Shown piece after piece: positions 10,957 to 25,800 of a stretch of 64,000 nt of DNA. Numbering within the stretch: position 1 is the stretch's first letter; each line of letters starts with the position of its first letter. Source of the DNA: Phoronis australis (Eukaryota; Animalia; Phoronida); the NCBI GenBank assembly GCA_002633005.1, contig NMRA01000017.1, positions 655,587-719,586 of the forward strand. The letters run 5' to 3'. Position numbers and translations under genes: made by a program. The notes beneath the pieces are model-generated. The model was not told the DNA's origin. It did not search any database and saw nothing but the letters and a program-made list of their open reading frames with translations.

Positions 10957-13840
10957 AAAGCAATATTTTCGATGAGCGTCGTCATTCCTTAACATTAGTC
11001 ACCTAATGACCGTCACAGGGCTGAATTGTATCCACATACGAAGAGGATGGTACGCCAGTGCCATGACATCAGTCAGCTATACCATCACCCGACACTCCCT
11101 TTCTCTGTTATGGTTGGTTTTACATTGCCAGCCAAGGACTGTTGTTATTGGTGAAGCATAAAATTTTGCTTGCAATTTTTCCTTTGCAATCTCTTTTACA
11201 ATCAATTTCTTTACATTCTGTGGAATGTTTGGCATTAGTGTTTTTTTTAACTCATTATTGTAAGACTTGTAGGATTAAATTGTATAAATGTCCAAATTTG
11301 TTATGAAGTAAATGTTCCCAATGACTTGTGTTATTTCAGCATCTTTCACGTTATATTTTTAAAAAATATAACTGACGCCCAGCCCAGAAGTTTTAATTTA
11401 TGTTTGACGGTAGCAATACTCCTTATCTACAGTACATTGTCACTTGCACATTCTAGACGTTTTTGTTGTCAAATTTTTCGAGTCGTCCAAGGAGGTTTGT
11501 AGATAAAGACCGTGTTGTTTCATGATGTCAAGTGAAGTAAGACATGAAATGTCAGACATTTTGGTAGTAGTTTGTTACGTGCCCACATCATGACAACCAT
11601 TTTTCTCCACTGAATGACGGGCATCAAACTGGTTCTCAAGATGGGGTAACGATGTCCCAACTGCTGCAGAAATTTCATCTTGCTCATAACTACTTTCGAA
11701 AAATGAGAACTCTCAATTCAACAAATTGCCCGCGAATATACCCAAACTTGATTGCCAAGCTGTGATGTGCTAACAGCGAAGGATACAAGTAATATTATTA
11801 AATATTGCTTAATGTAAGCCAGGAGATAAGTACAATGCATTCACTACTGCACCACAAACGGTATACTTCTATTGGGTGTTTATAAGTATCGTTTAGATGG
11901 TGCAGAGTATGTCAAACCCATCCAAAAATTGGAAAGCATCGTCTCCCGTATGGAAAACTGTTTGCTAGTTCTCATGAAAATCTGTTGAGCACCTCCAAAC
12001 ATTAGAGAGGCAAACATTAGAGATGTAAACACGAGATAGGCAATAGGAGGGGAAGCTGTAGTCCCATTCGTCCATCTGTAATCAATTTAATAGTAAAGGC
12101 TCTTGCCAATTCCTCAAGGCGAGGAGGGTCAGTAGATGTCACAAGGGGGCACTACTGTAGTTGGAAACATCTGAAAATCCATGTAGATCATGTTCCTGTT
12201 AGGCCCACATCTGCCGATTTTCATGACTTGAGCAGTTTTGACGCATACAAAGACATGATTAGAAAATAAAAATGGCCATCACGTAGCACAGAATATGTTG
12301 AATCCATCCCAAAATGGAAAAGTGCCATTTTCCTTATAATAGAAACTTGTTTGCCAAATTTGACAAAAAAACGTGAAGAACTCTGGAATATATAGAGCAA
12401 ACCACAAAACTAGAATTCTTACAACAGGACGTAGCAGTAATGAGAGCCATCCAAACGGAAGTCGTAGCCACATTCATAGGACAACACAAGCAAAATTTTA
12501 CTACGATCCTCCAAAGAATTCAGGCAATCCAAAGTAAACGCAAAAAGATTAAAGTAACAGCCAGGAGCCGCCACAGCTGTTAGACAGAATCAAAATTAAC
12601 GTCAGCCACGGTCTTCTCATCAGAAATAAATCTGTTAAGTTTTGAAGTGATCCTTAGGGCATTTTGCGAAAAAAGAGGCAGGAACCAAAACATAAACTCA
12701 AACAGACAACAATGGCCAATAGACACTGCAAAAATGCATAAACTCCATCCAAAACTGTACTGGTATTGTCTCTTAAAAATAAACCTATTTGAACTCGCAA
12801 CAAAGGCAAACATAAAAAATACAGGAGACGGTGGGATTGGTCTGAATTTCGCCATGTTGGGACCTCCAAAAGAACACATCCGCCAAACTTCACAAAGATT
12901 CTACAAAGGCTGAAGGAGACACAGCAAAAGATGTAACCAAGGCGCTACAAAAGTAGTTTTACTTATCTGAAAATCTTTGTCAGCCACGGTCTTCTCAGAA
13001 AAACATTTAACAATTTTCAAAATGATGCTTCATGTCGTTTGGCACACAGAGGCGGACGTCAAAAACAGAAAATGTCCACTAGGTGGTGCAAATTAAGTTG
13101 AATTCATCCGAAAATACATGTAGGAATGAACGATCACCTCCTAAATTTCATGAAAATTCATCAACTCTAAACTTATAGAGGCAAATACAAAAATACATCT
13201 GTCCAACCTCATTAGAATCATGCAAGGGATTTCGGAGATACAGCAGTGGATCCACCTACAGAGACGACGGCAATATACACCCACATATGTACATGTGGGA
13301 GCATGAAAATATAATTGAGTGGTCTTATATCCAAAGGATACCGCGAACTCAACTGGGACAATTTACTAAATAATCCCACTTGTAACTCCAGACCGAAACA
13401 GGGTAAAAGATAGGACTGTCACGAGACCACCCTTGAAACTCCCATAATGCATAGCGACACAAACAGTACTTGCAATCACATAAATTTCTTAACATATACC
13501 ATAAATAGAACTTGACAAATTGTAAAACAACATCATTTTTTACGTAATAAATATATTTATCACACGTTGAGTATCCATTCCGCATCACAGATTTGATAAA
13601 ACTGACATTTTGTTATTTAAAACAAAACAAGATGCAAAACAGGCGGCGCTGTATTTTGGAACTTTGACTGGACAACATGGAAATTTATTGGGTCGATGTT
13701 CGTTTAAATTTGCCGAATGTCGGCAATAAAATATCGAATAAAACTCTGCGGAACATCAATAAATTTACCACAAAAGATAAAGTTCAAGTACATAGCCTTC
13801 AATGTGAATTTCTTGTCATAGGTCAACAGAACAATCGCAG

Positions 13841-16800
13841 TTACTTGGCAGCCAGTTTGGCATTTTTTGCGTTTTCTTTCTTCACTAGTTTAGCAAGAGT
13901 CTCTTTATAGCTGAAGATATCACCTTTCCACGGTGTAACCGTCTGATTTTCGCACACCCAGATTTCTTCGGCAACCTAGAACAAATGAGATTGTATGAAC
14001 AGTTTGATGAATAACAAACAAATTTCATACTGAGTCTCAAACATGAAACACAGTGTAATGTGTTACTGATATCTGTTGGTACATCTGACATATCTGAATG
14101 GCCAACGACATGTCGAAAAAATAGTGACCAGTTTGAAAAAAGGTATCCCCATCATTAACGAAGTCTTTACAGCTATAAATTAAGCATCACTATTTAAGTG
14201 CATGTGCACTTAAGTTAGAGTAACTACAAACCTTGAGATGGATTATACAAGAGTACGAGACAAGTTATGTCTCCCTAACTTTAATTCAGAAGTGCCACCT
14301 GTATTTCTGACAGTCAAAACTTCAACTAGCCAAGATGAAGTTTCAGTAACTCTACCATTCACCAAACCCACCTCAGACATTTGAACTATGAATATCATGC
14401 CTGAAGCTGGGCCAATGTGCCTATTTCCGAAAAAAATGCTTTATTAAAGAAGCAAGATGCTCCAGAGTTTCATACATGGGTGCAAGTCCCTATGTTTCAT
14501 TGATGTGCGTGTGGCTATCCTTCAGCTACACACAAGTCGTGCTGCTTTCTGTGACTGTTGTTCTTCTATTGCACATTCCACAAGAATTCTGTACATTCAA
14601 ATGAACACGCATCAACATCTATGCTTTGTAACAAATAATTCCAGCTTCTATCGCATGTTTTTTTTCAAACGAATAAGGCATTTTTGAAGATTGGCATATA
14701 TGTTTTGCATATAAGCTCTGTGTGTGCATCTGATAGCAGATACCAGCACAGCTTCACACACATCATCAAAATTTGCCTCAGTAATCTCCCATTCACTAGC
14801 GCTACCTGTGAGATCAGTCTGAAGTCGTGGCTGACCAGAATAAGACCACCCACAAAGTCGTTGATAGCTATGGCCAGTGCGTCGATAGTCTCTATGTCCA
14901 AGTGATTAGTGGGCTCGTCCATCAACAACATGTGTGGAGACTGCCAGGCCAGCCAGGCGAAGATAATACGACAGCGTTGACCGTCTGATAGGTTCTTGAT
15001 GGGACACACCTGTAATGACGGCGACATACGTGGAGCAGACTAGGACAGACGTGGATTTATAATTACGCTAGGCCCTTGACACACACTTGTGGTGAGAAAC
15101 CTCAACTCTAGCAACAGAGCATTGTGGGTGCTTACACTCCAACCATAATCCAATACTCTCTAGCAACAGAGCATTGTGGGTGCTTACACTCCAACCATAA
15201 TCCAATACTCTCTAGCAACAGAGCATTGTGGGCGCTTACACTCCAACCATAATCCAATACTCTCAAGTAGCTGCCAAATCGCTCTCAATGGCGGCTTTTT
15301 TGTAGGTTTGCGAACTCCACTACAACTAACAAGCTCTTGCACTATAATTATGTAATCTCACCGAGCTTCCTAAACAATAATTGAACCTCAGCTAACAGCC
15401 TCATCAGTATAAGTGGCTTGGTAATAACATGCACCAAACTCACCCACAACTAATGCCCCTAATCTGCGCTTCACCACTCTTGAAATTTCAAAGAATTGCC
15501 TTTTTAAATCCCCATGCTCGGCATAAGTGACACCTCAATTTATAGGAGAGTTCCTTAAAAGTGTTAGGCAAGGACAACGAGAACTTTAGCTCTCAAAACG
15601 TACCATATGCATCTTACTAAAATTTGAGAAACAAACCTTGCCATATTCGGGTGAAAAAAATACCCACTCTTAACTGAAGGAGTCCTGAAATGATTTTTTC
15701 GGTTCTTGCGCATTCTAATTTTATCATAGTTGTGAGCAAAAACGGCGAGGGCATTTGCGTGAGAAAATCGAATGTTTGGGTAACAACCTCTCAGGGCTGT
15801 TCCAGCAAAATCTGTGTGGGAGGGGGGGGGAAGGCAACTGAAATAAAAATTTATGGGTGGTTGTGTTTGATTTAAATTCAAAATGGCTGGTGGTCGTACT
15901 TCAAAAAAATTAAAATTTACAGGTCGTTGTTGTTTCATTGGGCCATAAATGTTTGATGGTGGGTAATTTTAGTAAATTTTATAAACAATCCGCACAGAAT
16001 CAAAAACTGAAACAAAAATGCAACTTGCAAAAAGCTCTGACTTTTTCACTCCCTCCGATCTCCTCATAACACCATTTAACCACAGGTGCTTGAATTTCTC
16101 GACGGCTAATAACCATATATAAGAAACATATGTTTTCTTAGTAATGNNNNNNNNNNNNNNNNNNNNNNNNNNNNNNNNNNNNNNNNNNNNNNNNNNNNNN
16201 NNNNNNNNNNNNNNNNNNNNNNNNNNNNNNNNNNNNNNNNNNNNNNNNNNNNNNNNNNNNNNNNNNNNNNNNNNNNNNNNNNNNNNNNNNNNNNNNNNNN
16301 NNNNNNNNNNNNNNNNNNNNNNNNNNNNNNNNNNNNNNNNNNNNNNNNNNNNNNNNNNNNNNNNNNNNNNNNNNNNNNNNNNNNNNNNNNNNNNNNNNNN
16401 NNNNNNNNNNNNNNNNNNNNNNNNNNNNNNNNNNNNNNNNNNNNNNNNNNNNNNNNNNNNNNNNNNNNNNNNNNNNNNNNNNNNNNNNNNNNNNNNNNNN
16501 NNNNNNNNNNNNNNNNNNNNNNNNNNNNNNNNNNNNNNNNNNNNNNNNNNNNNNNNNNNNNNNNNNNNNNNNNNNNNNNNNNNNNNNNNNNNNNNNNNNN
16601 NNNNNNNNNNNNNNNNNNNNNNNNNNNNNNNTAAAAATATCTGTATTGCAAATGGCATAGAATGCATGGACCCCTGGACAAGGCAGCTTACCTGTTGCAT
16701 ACCCGTCAGACCGTATCGTCCAATGATACGACGCATGTCTTCTCTCTCTTTCACATCTGGATACATCTTCATCATCCAATCAAGCGCCGTCATGTCCATG

Positions 16801-19800
16801 TCAAGAATTTCAGCAAGGTGCTACAGGAATAATGGGGGAAGATATAACATTGAATTGCATTCAAAAAGTCACTTTTCCAATCCACTAATTAAAAAGTACA
16901 ACACTAAGTGCTGATCAGCGCCCACACTGCGATATGTTTCAAGGAGTGCTCATCAGTTTCATGTACAAGGTGACAACAATGGGACCAAAAGGCGAAGCCG
17001 CAACAGTAAGGCTTGACAAAAAAGTGTTGGTACCTCACCTCTTAACAGAAACATCAAATCAACTATAAACAGCTTTCAATACTTGCGACAAACAAATAAA
17101 ATGTGCCTAAAAGGGAAAACACCAAAAGACATCCAAAAATTAGCAGGTCCGGTCTGCTTCTTCTCATAAAGAACAATTATGAGATTTGGTAGATACAAAG
17201 ATAGACACAAAATGACATAACGGCATATCACTTGTTGGAATCTGTTCATAATCAGAAGTTAACATTATCTCATCACATCCAAAATGGAAGGGCTCATAGG
17301 TTTTGCAGTAATCAAATCCATAAAAAATAGACTGGCAACAGGGGGCATTGCTGTCACATGCTTCTGTGTCACAGTGTCAAAGAAATCCGTCGCTTTTCTA
17401 AATATTATCCTGAGACGCTCTTCTTCCCAAAAATACAAAAAATTCAAACCGGAAACTTGCTGTGAATGTCAAAATCCACTTGTGCGGAGGAGAATTGCCG
17501 TCACAATTCCCGGTGTTAAATTTCATTGAAATATGATGATCAGTTCTCTAGATATCCTCCAGAAATGCTCCTCCCCAAAAGTACTGAAAAAGTCCCTTGT
17601 CGAGACCAAAATGTCCACTAGGGGGTACTGTAGTGATCAAAAATCGACTAGTGCTGGAGCACTTTTGTAACATTTTCTAGGTGGGCACTATAGCTTACCT
17701 GGTGATAACGACCTATTTTCAGGTGAGAATGCCGCCTCACCAGGCCATCTGTGGGTATTAGTTCACCAGCAATGAGTTTGAGTAGAGTGGATTTACCAGC
17801 ACCATTAGGACCCACTAAGGCAAGACGTGTGTCCAGGTCAACGCCAAACTCAAGGTTTTTGTAGATGAATGGCTGTAAGGAGAGGATACCATCAGGTCAG
17901 AGGCCAAAGTTCGAAAGTCAAATTAACCGTCTATGACTGCAACAAACATAAAGTGACATATGACATCTAGTTTTACAAGAATGGAACTATTGTAGTGTTA
18001 TTATGGAACAAGAGAGTTTTCAAAACTAAAATCAACCACTGAACTGGTGCCTTGCAGGGTTTATCACTTGGATTTTTATGATTGTTCAAGCTGATACGAA
18101 AACTTTTACAGCATCCGCAAATGAAAAACATTAGCAGATAATACAAACCACGTCTCCAGAATACTTGAAACTGACGTTCTGAACCATTACAACGGGAGGC
18201 GGTATTGGTTTGCAGTAGTTGAAGAAGAATGATAAAGTCTGCAAAAGAAAGCAAGACAACATAGTATATTGGCATGGCTTCATCTATACAGCAAGGATAA
18301 AGACCATTCAATAATATCAGTAAATTCAATTGTTCGCTTTTAAAATTCTTGCAAGACGCTACAGCATGACATTGGGTGATCTCACTAACTATGCAAGACA
18401 CATTAATGAATATATTTTTGGTGTAGTATTTGACATAAGACTAAAGGTGGCACAGAATGATTTAGGGCTGTTCCAGTAAAATCTGTATGGGAGGGGGGGA
18501 AGGCACCTTTTTTTTGCACCCACCACCCATATTTTTCATTTACTTCTTCAGCCTACCACCCGTAATTTTTTATAAGTTTGAAATGCAACCACCCGTAATT
18601 TCTTTATGTTCTTGTGGTTGACTGCACAGGCGCTTGAGTTTATCTGTTCCTCCATCACCACTAACGTCATTCATTACTAAGAAAACATATGTTTCTTATA
18701 TATGGTTATTAGCCATCGAGAAATTCGAGCGCCTGTGGTTGACTGGTGTTATGGGCATGCTGATGGGGAGATCGGAGGGAGTGAAAAAGTCGGAGCTTTT
18801 TGCAAGTTGCATTTTGTGCGGATTGTTTGCAAAATTTACTAAAATTACCCACCATCAAACATTTATGGCCCAATGAAACAACAACGACCTGTAAATTTTC
18901 ATTTTTTTGAAGTACGACCACCAGCCATTTTGAATTTAAATCAAGCACCACCCATAAATTTTTATTTCAGTTGCCTCCCCCCCCCACACAGATTTTGCTG
19001 GAACAGCCCTTAGTAACTAAGGAAACAACAACCAACAAAAAGACCAAACAAAAACGAAACACATGAACCATGCACAAAAGAAAAAAATGAAATGAGTTTG
19101 GTTCTGCTTACAAGTAAAGTGATTTTTAATTTTCTTCTATTCATCTTTCATCATCAGCTTGGAGTGTTTACAGATTAAAATTTTAATTAAAACTTTAGCT
19201 CAACTGTGAAGCACTTGACAAAGAAGAGCTCCCAACTGACCTCTCTCAACTATTAGCAGAGATGTCAATCAACAAACAGCTCCTCCCACTGACCTCTCTC
19301 AACTATTAGCAGAGATGTCAACCCACAAACAGCTCCGCCCAAAAAATCACTTACTTTATCGGAGACTACTTTTTCTGCTAAGCCACCATCAATCATCTTC
19401 TTTAGTGTCTTCTCTTTACTTTGAGCTTGTCGTGCTAGCTTGGCACTACCATGTCCAAATCGGGCAATGTAGTTCTGTGAAAAAAGATCGCAACAAGAAT
19501 TGTAAGTTGAACTTAACAAATTGACCAAGTGCAAATACTCTGAGAAACAAATATCCAACTTTCTCCTGTCAAAATTGCATTCACAACACAACGTTGGCAT
19601 TGGAAAGAATTGAAATTTGACCTTCACAAATTGACCAAGTGCAAATACTACAGCAACCCTCGACCTCTTTTCTCTCTAAAATGTATGTTTTTTGTACCCA
19701 ACTGAAAATGGCAATAATCATGAAGGCTCCCAAACCTACTTCCTGAACAGACGACATTGAACTCAAAACAACATCAGGAAAGTGTTTGAACTCCAGCTTA

Positions 19801-22800
19801 ATGTCAGGACTGTCGTTGAGACAATCGTTCGCTTCGACAATATAAAGCACTGGGCAGGCCAACCACTGGTGTCTGACACCAGGTGTCACTGCACTCTTCC
19901 TCGGCCTTTTATGTCATCATCCATCAAGCTGGTTGGTTTGCAAAACTCACTGTGCTAACATTCTCACAGTGGAATATTTTTGATAACATTACTGCAGAAT
20001 ATAATCTTACTTTCAAAAGGAATTTTTGGGAATGCTGACTAGGCAATGAAACAATAATAATTATAAATTCAGATAGTTAAAACCAATACGAATTCTACCT
20101 TGCTGGGAAGTTGTTTGTGCGGTAGTCTACACAAGCACGCATCCTCCGATTTATGAGACCATGTGACAACATGCTGCCTAGAGAATGAACATTGGGCATG
20201 ATCTGAGATTATAACGTCGCGTGTACGAAATTTGTCCACTTTACCTTCATATTTGCTATCTGATCCTGCTCCCATTGATATCGTTTCGTCTGGTTCTCCT
20301 CAAGCTCCAATCGCGTCTGCACGTACTGGTCATAGTTTCCCTACAGTTGACATCACACCAATCAATAGATGGTTATAAGAAACGTCCAGGCGAAAAACAT
20401 TTCTATTTACCAAGTCGAAATCGTGGAAATTACTGCATGAAAAATCAGCTAAAATGTTAATTACAACCTCAAGTCGGTATCCACGAATGGCTTTTAATAA
20501 AATAGTCGTAATAGACAGTAAAATAACTGTGCACTAGACCGAGAAATTTCCTCCAGTTTCGGCTCCCAAAGAACAGATAGATGTTTTACACACCTGTCAG
20601 AAATATACAGACCATGCATTACACACGCACACCTGTCATGCTGTACTTGTATCCTCAGTAATACTCAACCATTCCAAACATAACCTCAGGACCAAAGAAA
20701 AACCATTTTAAGTCTTGATGAAGCTAAGAGGGAACAAGACCGCCAAGCACAGGGCAATACACCCATGCCTTCCACCAAAACACAACTTTTGATTTGGGTC
20801 ATTCACTGATAAAAACTGGGCTCATCTTATTCCTGATTCATATAAGAAATCATGTCTAGGTTTGAGGAGAACTGGCCAGTCATCCTTGCTTTAGAACAGA
20901 CCTCTTAAATTATTTGTCATGGCAGTTCACTATTAATCAGCAAAGCTGTACTGTATGGACAGCAGAGATCCAGGCAAATTATTGTAACTAATTTGAACTT
21001 ATTGCATCCAATTTTAATTTATTGTAACCAAGACCATTTCAATTCAGACATGATAGGAATGCAAAGAAATTGGTTTGGAAGAGCAAATAATGCGAAGATA
21101 TGTTTTGCATAGCTTGTAGTCACTTAAATAGTAAAAAGTGCTTCACCAGATTACTTACACCGTAAATCTTGAGTTTCTTCTGTTGCATGTGTAGGATGTT
21201 TGTACACACACCGTTCATGAAGTCCTGTGAATGTGAGATGATCACCAGAATCCTTGGGTACCTGACAACAGCACAGACCAGTCAATTAGACAGTGATCAG
21301 GACCAGGGGCACTGCAGCTGACCACCAAGGGCTTCACTACACACCAGTCAATTAGACAGTGATCAGGACCAGGGGCACTGCAGCTGACCACAAAGGGCTT
21401 CACTACACACCAGTCAATTAGACAGTGATCAGGACCAGGGGCACTGCAGCTGACCACCAAGAGCTTCACTACACACCAGTCAATTAGACAGTGATCAAGG
21501 CCAGGGGCACTGCAGCTGACCACAAAGGGCTTCACTACACACCAGTCAGTTAGACAGTGACCAGGGCCAGGGGCACTGCAGGTTTGTGCAATCGCATAAC
21601 TGATTGTGCACACAAATGTTTGGGTGTGTATACATGGGTACTATTCTAAATAGTTTGTACATCTCAATTAAGTTTCTAATGGTTAGTTACACAACCTTCA
21701 GATAAACAGAACAATGCATACATTATCAAGGAAATAAGGATATGTAAATTTTGTAAGAATTCATAGAATCATAGTCAGGTAAAACATTTCATTCTAATTG
21801 ATGCACAAATGATTCGAATAATACCAACACAATTCATAAATGATATGAATAATACCAACACAATTCATAAATGATATGAATAATACCAACACACTTCCTA
21901 AATGATATGAATAGTACCAACACAATTCATAAACCAAATAAACCTTGCCTTTTGAAGACTGAATTGATGAAATTCCATCACATTCAGTTTTCAGTCACAC
22001 AAAATCATTATTGTTGCAAAGATATCTTGTTTTTGTCATACTAAATGTTTAGAGTCAAGCACAGAATGTATGGCTGTCTGCAAGAGGGGGATACGTTTCA
22101 TCTTAATTTAGTCCTAATAAAATACAATAAAAGAGCATCAATCAATACACTCATTCATATGGTATGGTGATGAACTAAAATGTCATCTTCAATATGCGCA
22201 TATTTTTTTCTCTTCGATTTGACCAAGTAAATGCACTTTCAAAAACTGACAGCAGTCATCCATCACAATCACAAGAACATAGAGTCACACTTTCATTCAC
22301 TAAAATCGCCATTAATAAGAAAACAATTTGAACTCACGCCTTGAGCTCTTCTTCCAGCCAGACACAGGCGTTGAGGTCGAGGTGGTTGGTAGGCTCATCA
22401 AGGAGTAGTAATGAAGGCTTAATGAACAGAGCACGGGCAAGAGAAATCCTCATTCTCCAACCACCTGCAATACCAAAGGTGGAGTTTGGTACAGGCCTGG
22501 GGAGCATTAAGTTTCAAACTTCATCCACCAGGGGTCATTTCAATTCTGTCAGTGAACACTCAACATAGTCTACTCTAAGCCGAGACTTCAGTTGTCAAAA
22601 TATTTGTTCATCACCACACCTCTTCTTTTTAACACATTGTAGGACAATCCTTACATGTTATCATTACAAGGAATCATGCATGCACAAAGCAACCAAAGAG
22701 CTATTTGAGAATTTGTAAAACCACAAAAAGCCAATGAAACTTGATATGCCATTTAGATTTTCATCATTGCACATGGGCTACTGAGGCCAGACAATCCTGG

Positions 22801-25800
22801 AAAAGAGGGCATGAACAAACCTCACCAGAAAAATCCTTAACAGCTTTCCGCTGCATGTCGCGTGTAAATCCAAGGCCATGGAGAATGTTGCCAGCTCTTG
22901 TGGCTGCTTTGCTAGCTTCCATCTCATCCAAACGATCATACACCTCCATCAGACGTTCATGAGACTCTGGGAAAAAATACGATAACCACGAACATGTAAC
23001 ATTCTGTTTCAGATATTTATCTGTCATTAGTTTTGAAAAAAAATCCAAGGCATTTGCTCACTCAAAATAATTCTCCCAAGGCAAATAGAAAACTGTCATC
23101 TCAACCATTCCTCTATCTGCACGTCTTTGATTTGCGGGCAGGCATGTGTATTATTTCATGTACTAATTTGTTTGACAAAATAAATGCGTCAACATATTGG
23201 CTGACTGAATTACTTGATGACGCAGATGTACAAAACAGTCAAAGGTACTATGTTGCAACCAATTCCCTAATGCTGCAACCACCTGATGCTTTGTTGCTGA
23301 CATCATCACTACAGAAAAACAACCAAATCTATTTCAAGACAGTAACACTTGCAAAAGTTCACAAAAATCCACCAACGGACTACGAAGATACGAGGCAAAC
23401 ATAAAAAAGTAAAAACGTCACTACAAGCCACAGCGGTAGATAAGTTGGTCTGAGGCTCGCCATCCATTGTCAGCTCCACAGGAACAAATCTGCTAAATTT
23501 TACAATGATCCTGTAGAGCTTAAGGAAATACAGCCGCAGACGCAAAACAACAAAATCGCCACTAGCACTTAAACCCATCTGAAAATCAATGTCAGCCACT
23601 TTTTCATCTGAAACATATCTGCCAATTTTCACAATGGTTCTTTACATGCCTACTAGGTGGCGCAGAATACATCAAATCTGTCCGAAAACAGGAAGGCATT
23701 TCTCTTTCATCTCTTTAATAGAAACCTATTTGTCAAATTTCATGTAAATCCATAATGGAACTCAGAAGATAGAGACAAACGTAAAAATAAAATTGCCATT
23801 AGGGGTCACAGCGGTAGTCAGACCTCTCCAAAATTTGTCATTTGTCGTCAGCTTCATAGAAACATATTTGCCAAATCTCAATAAGAGTTACAGCAGCAGA
23901 TGCTGGACGCCTGACAGAGATGACGGCAATATGCAAATGTGGGTGCATAAAAACTCGCGTTATCCACACGCAAATCTTCTACTGGTACAGTGTTCTCCAC
24001 AACCTGTTTTGACTCGACGCGGTAACGAGTTTGGATTTTGCCGCGTCAAGTTTGGAGAAAGCGCATCGAAATTGGGGAAAGCGCATTGAGTTTGGGGAAA
24101 GTGCGTCAAGTTTAAAAATTGCTGCGCCAGGTTTAAAACCTTGGCTGACTTGGTACTGCAGCCCTCAGCATCTAATCGAACCTGATTTTACTAACAGTTA
24201 ACATATAGTACACTTTAAGAGGCAGTTAAACAGCACCGTAATCGCCGTATTAAGGCGCCCGAGGCGAAGGCGCTTATTGTAACCCAAGGCGGTTGATACC
24301 CAGTCTCAGAAATGGATGAAATCGGAAGCTAGGATTCATCAAATTTATGCTATGTGATGTATCTGTAGCTATTGACAAGCTTTCAATAAAACAACAAAAC
24401 TGTGGCGCATTGCTATCAAATTTTGACATTGTTAAATTACAATCATTCTACAGAAAATTGTGCTGAAATCCTAGAGCGAAAACACGCCGACTTTTTGCGC
24501 CCCTGTCTAGCGATTTTCGACAGGGCAGCTTGCATACAAATATAGTTTCGACTCGACAAATTACCTGAAATACTTACTTAAGTTTTCCAAATAGCGTCCC
24601 TAAGATTTTAAGTTCCTGTGGAGTCGGTATTATGAACAAGATAGGTTTAAATCTGCGCAAGATTGTATCCAGCAACGTGAGAAAAATCTCTGGACGAACA
24701 CACATGTCGTAGTCACGTGACCTTTGTTTTGAAGATCATCTGCATGTGTGAGTGAGCGAGCGCGTGCGTATAATCAGCGTTCATTTGCCAGAGGTGTGCA
24801 TTGTAACTAAAGAAATAACACAAGTAGTATCACAAGAACGCGTTTTATTTAGCACTTGTTGCTCTCATCTACTATTAAAACGTGCGAGATTTGTCTCGGT
24901 AGGGCCCAAGGCCGAATGTCGTTGAGTCGCCGGGTGACTGGATGTGTGAGTCTGAGTTATTTTCCGGGAGATTTGGGGGCTGAGGTGTCCACTATTAGTG
25001 GGGCATTTTATCACGTAGTTTACTTTAAAAATACCAATTATGAATACATTGAAAAAGTGATTAATATGGCAATCTCTCTTAAAAACAACACAACAGTTTT
25101 TACGGCATTAGAAACTTTCTGAAATTAGTGCCTGATATTTATTTCTTGCCGATATAGCTACCCGGCGTAGCTTCATCGATAGTTCTCGGAGACTAATGTC
25201 TGCGATGTCAAGTGACAGGTATGTAGCGCGTGCTTCCTGGCCACGTGCTTTTAACAACAATTTTTTTATTCGCGAGACAGTCATAAGCGGTTTTCACATG
25301 TAGGCCCTACAAAGTGTTAAAAAGTAGGTCACACCTGACCAGCTCAATGTACATTTTTGAAAGATAGGTCCTAGATAAATACCTATAGTGTTGACTATAC
25401 TGAACTCTAGAAATTTGCGTCGAGTTTGGAATTGTTATTGTGGAGAACACTGTGGTAGCGTAGAGCCGAGTCATCTGTGGATGACTGGAGAAATAGAACA
25501 TTCGTGTTTTGATCCTGTATCGTTATTACACCAAACAGCCTTGGCACTACCCAGTGACAATGTCATTCAACATCGAATCAGAATCGAGACTGGAATTGGA
25601 AAGATTCCCTGTTAATTGGCTGGAAACGTAACGATAATCACCACTAACTGGCACAGTTGCATGTGACTATGAACCTCCCTTTATCTCTTTACCAAATAGT
25701 CGTCACATCCAACCCCTCGAATGCCAACCAATAAAATATCTAATCTGAGCTAACTACCCACCATCGTCCTCCTTCAAGGCCAACTCTTCCGCCTCATGTT

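Noticed and set aside
21242-21613. Cys-rich 22-aa repeat ORF
   Set aside because: Translation of the intronic 66-bp minisatellite, out of frame with ABCF2.
25448-25454. RSS heptamer (CACTGTG) implying a RAG/Transib element
   Set aside because: Formed by the TIR end plus TSD bases. The other end reads TACAGTG, and the TSD fits only CAG..CTG boundaries.
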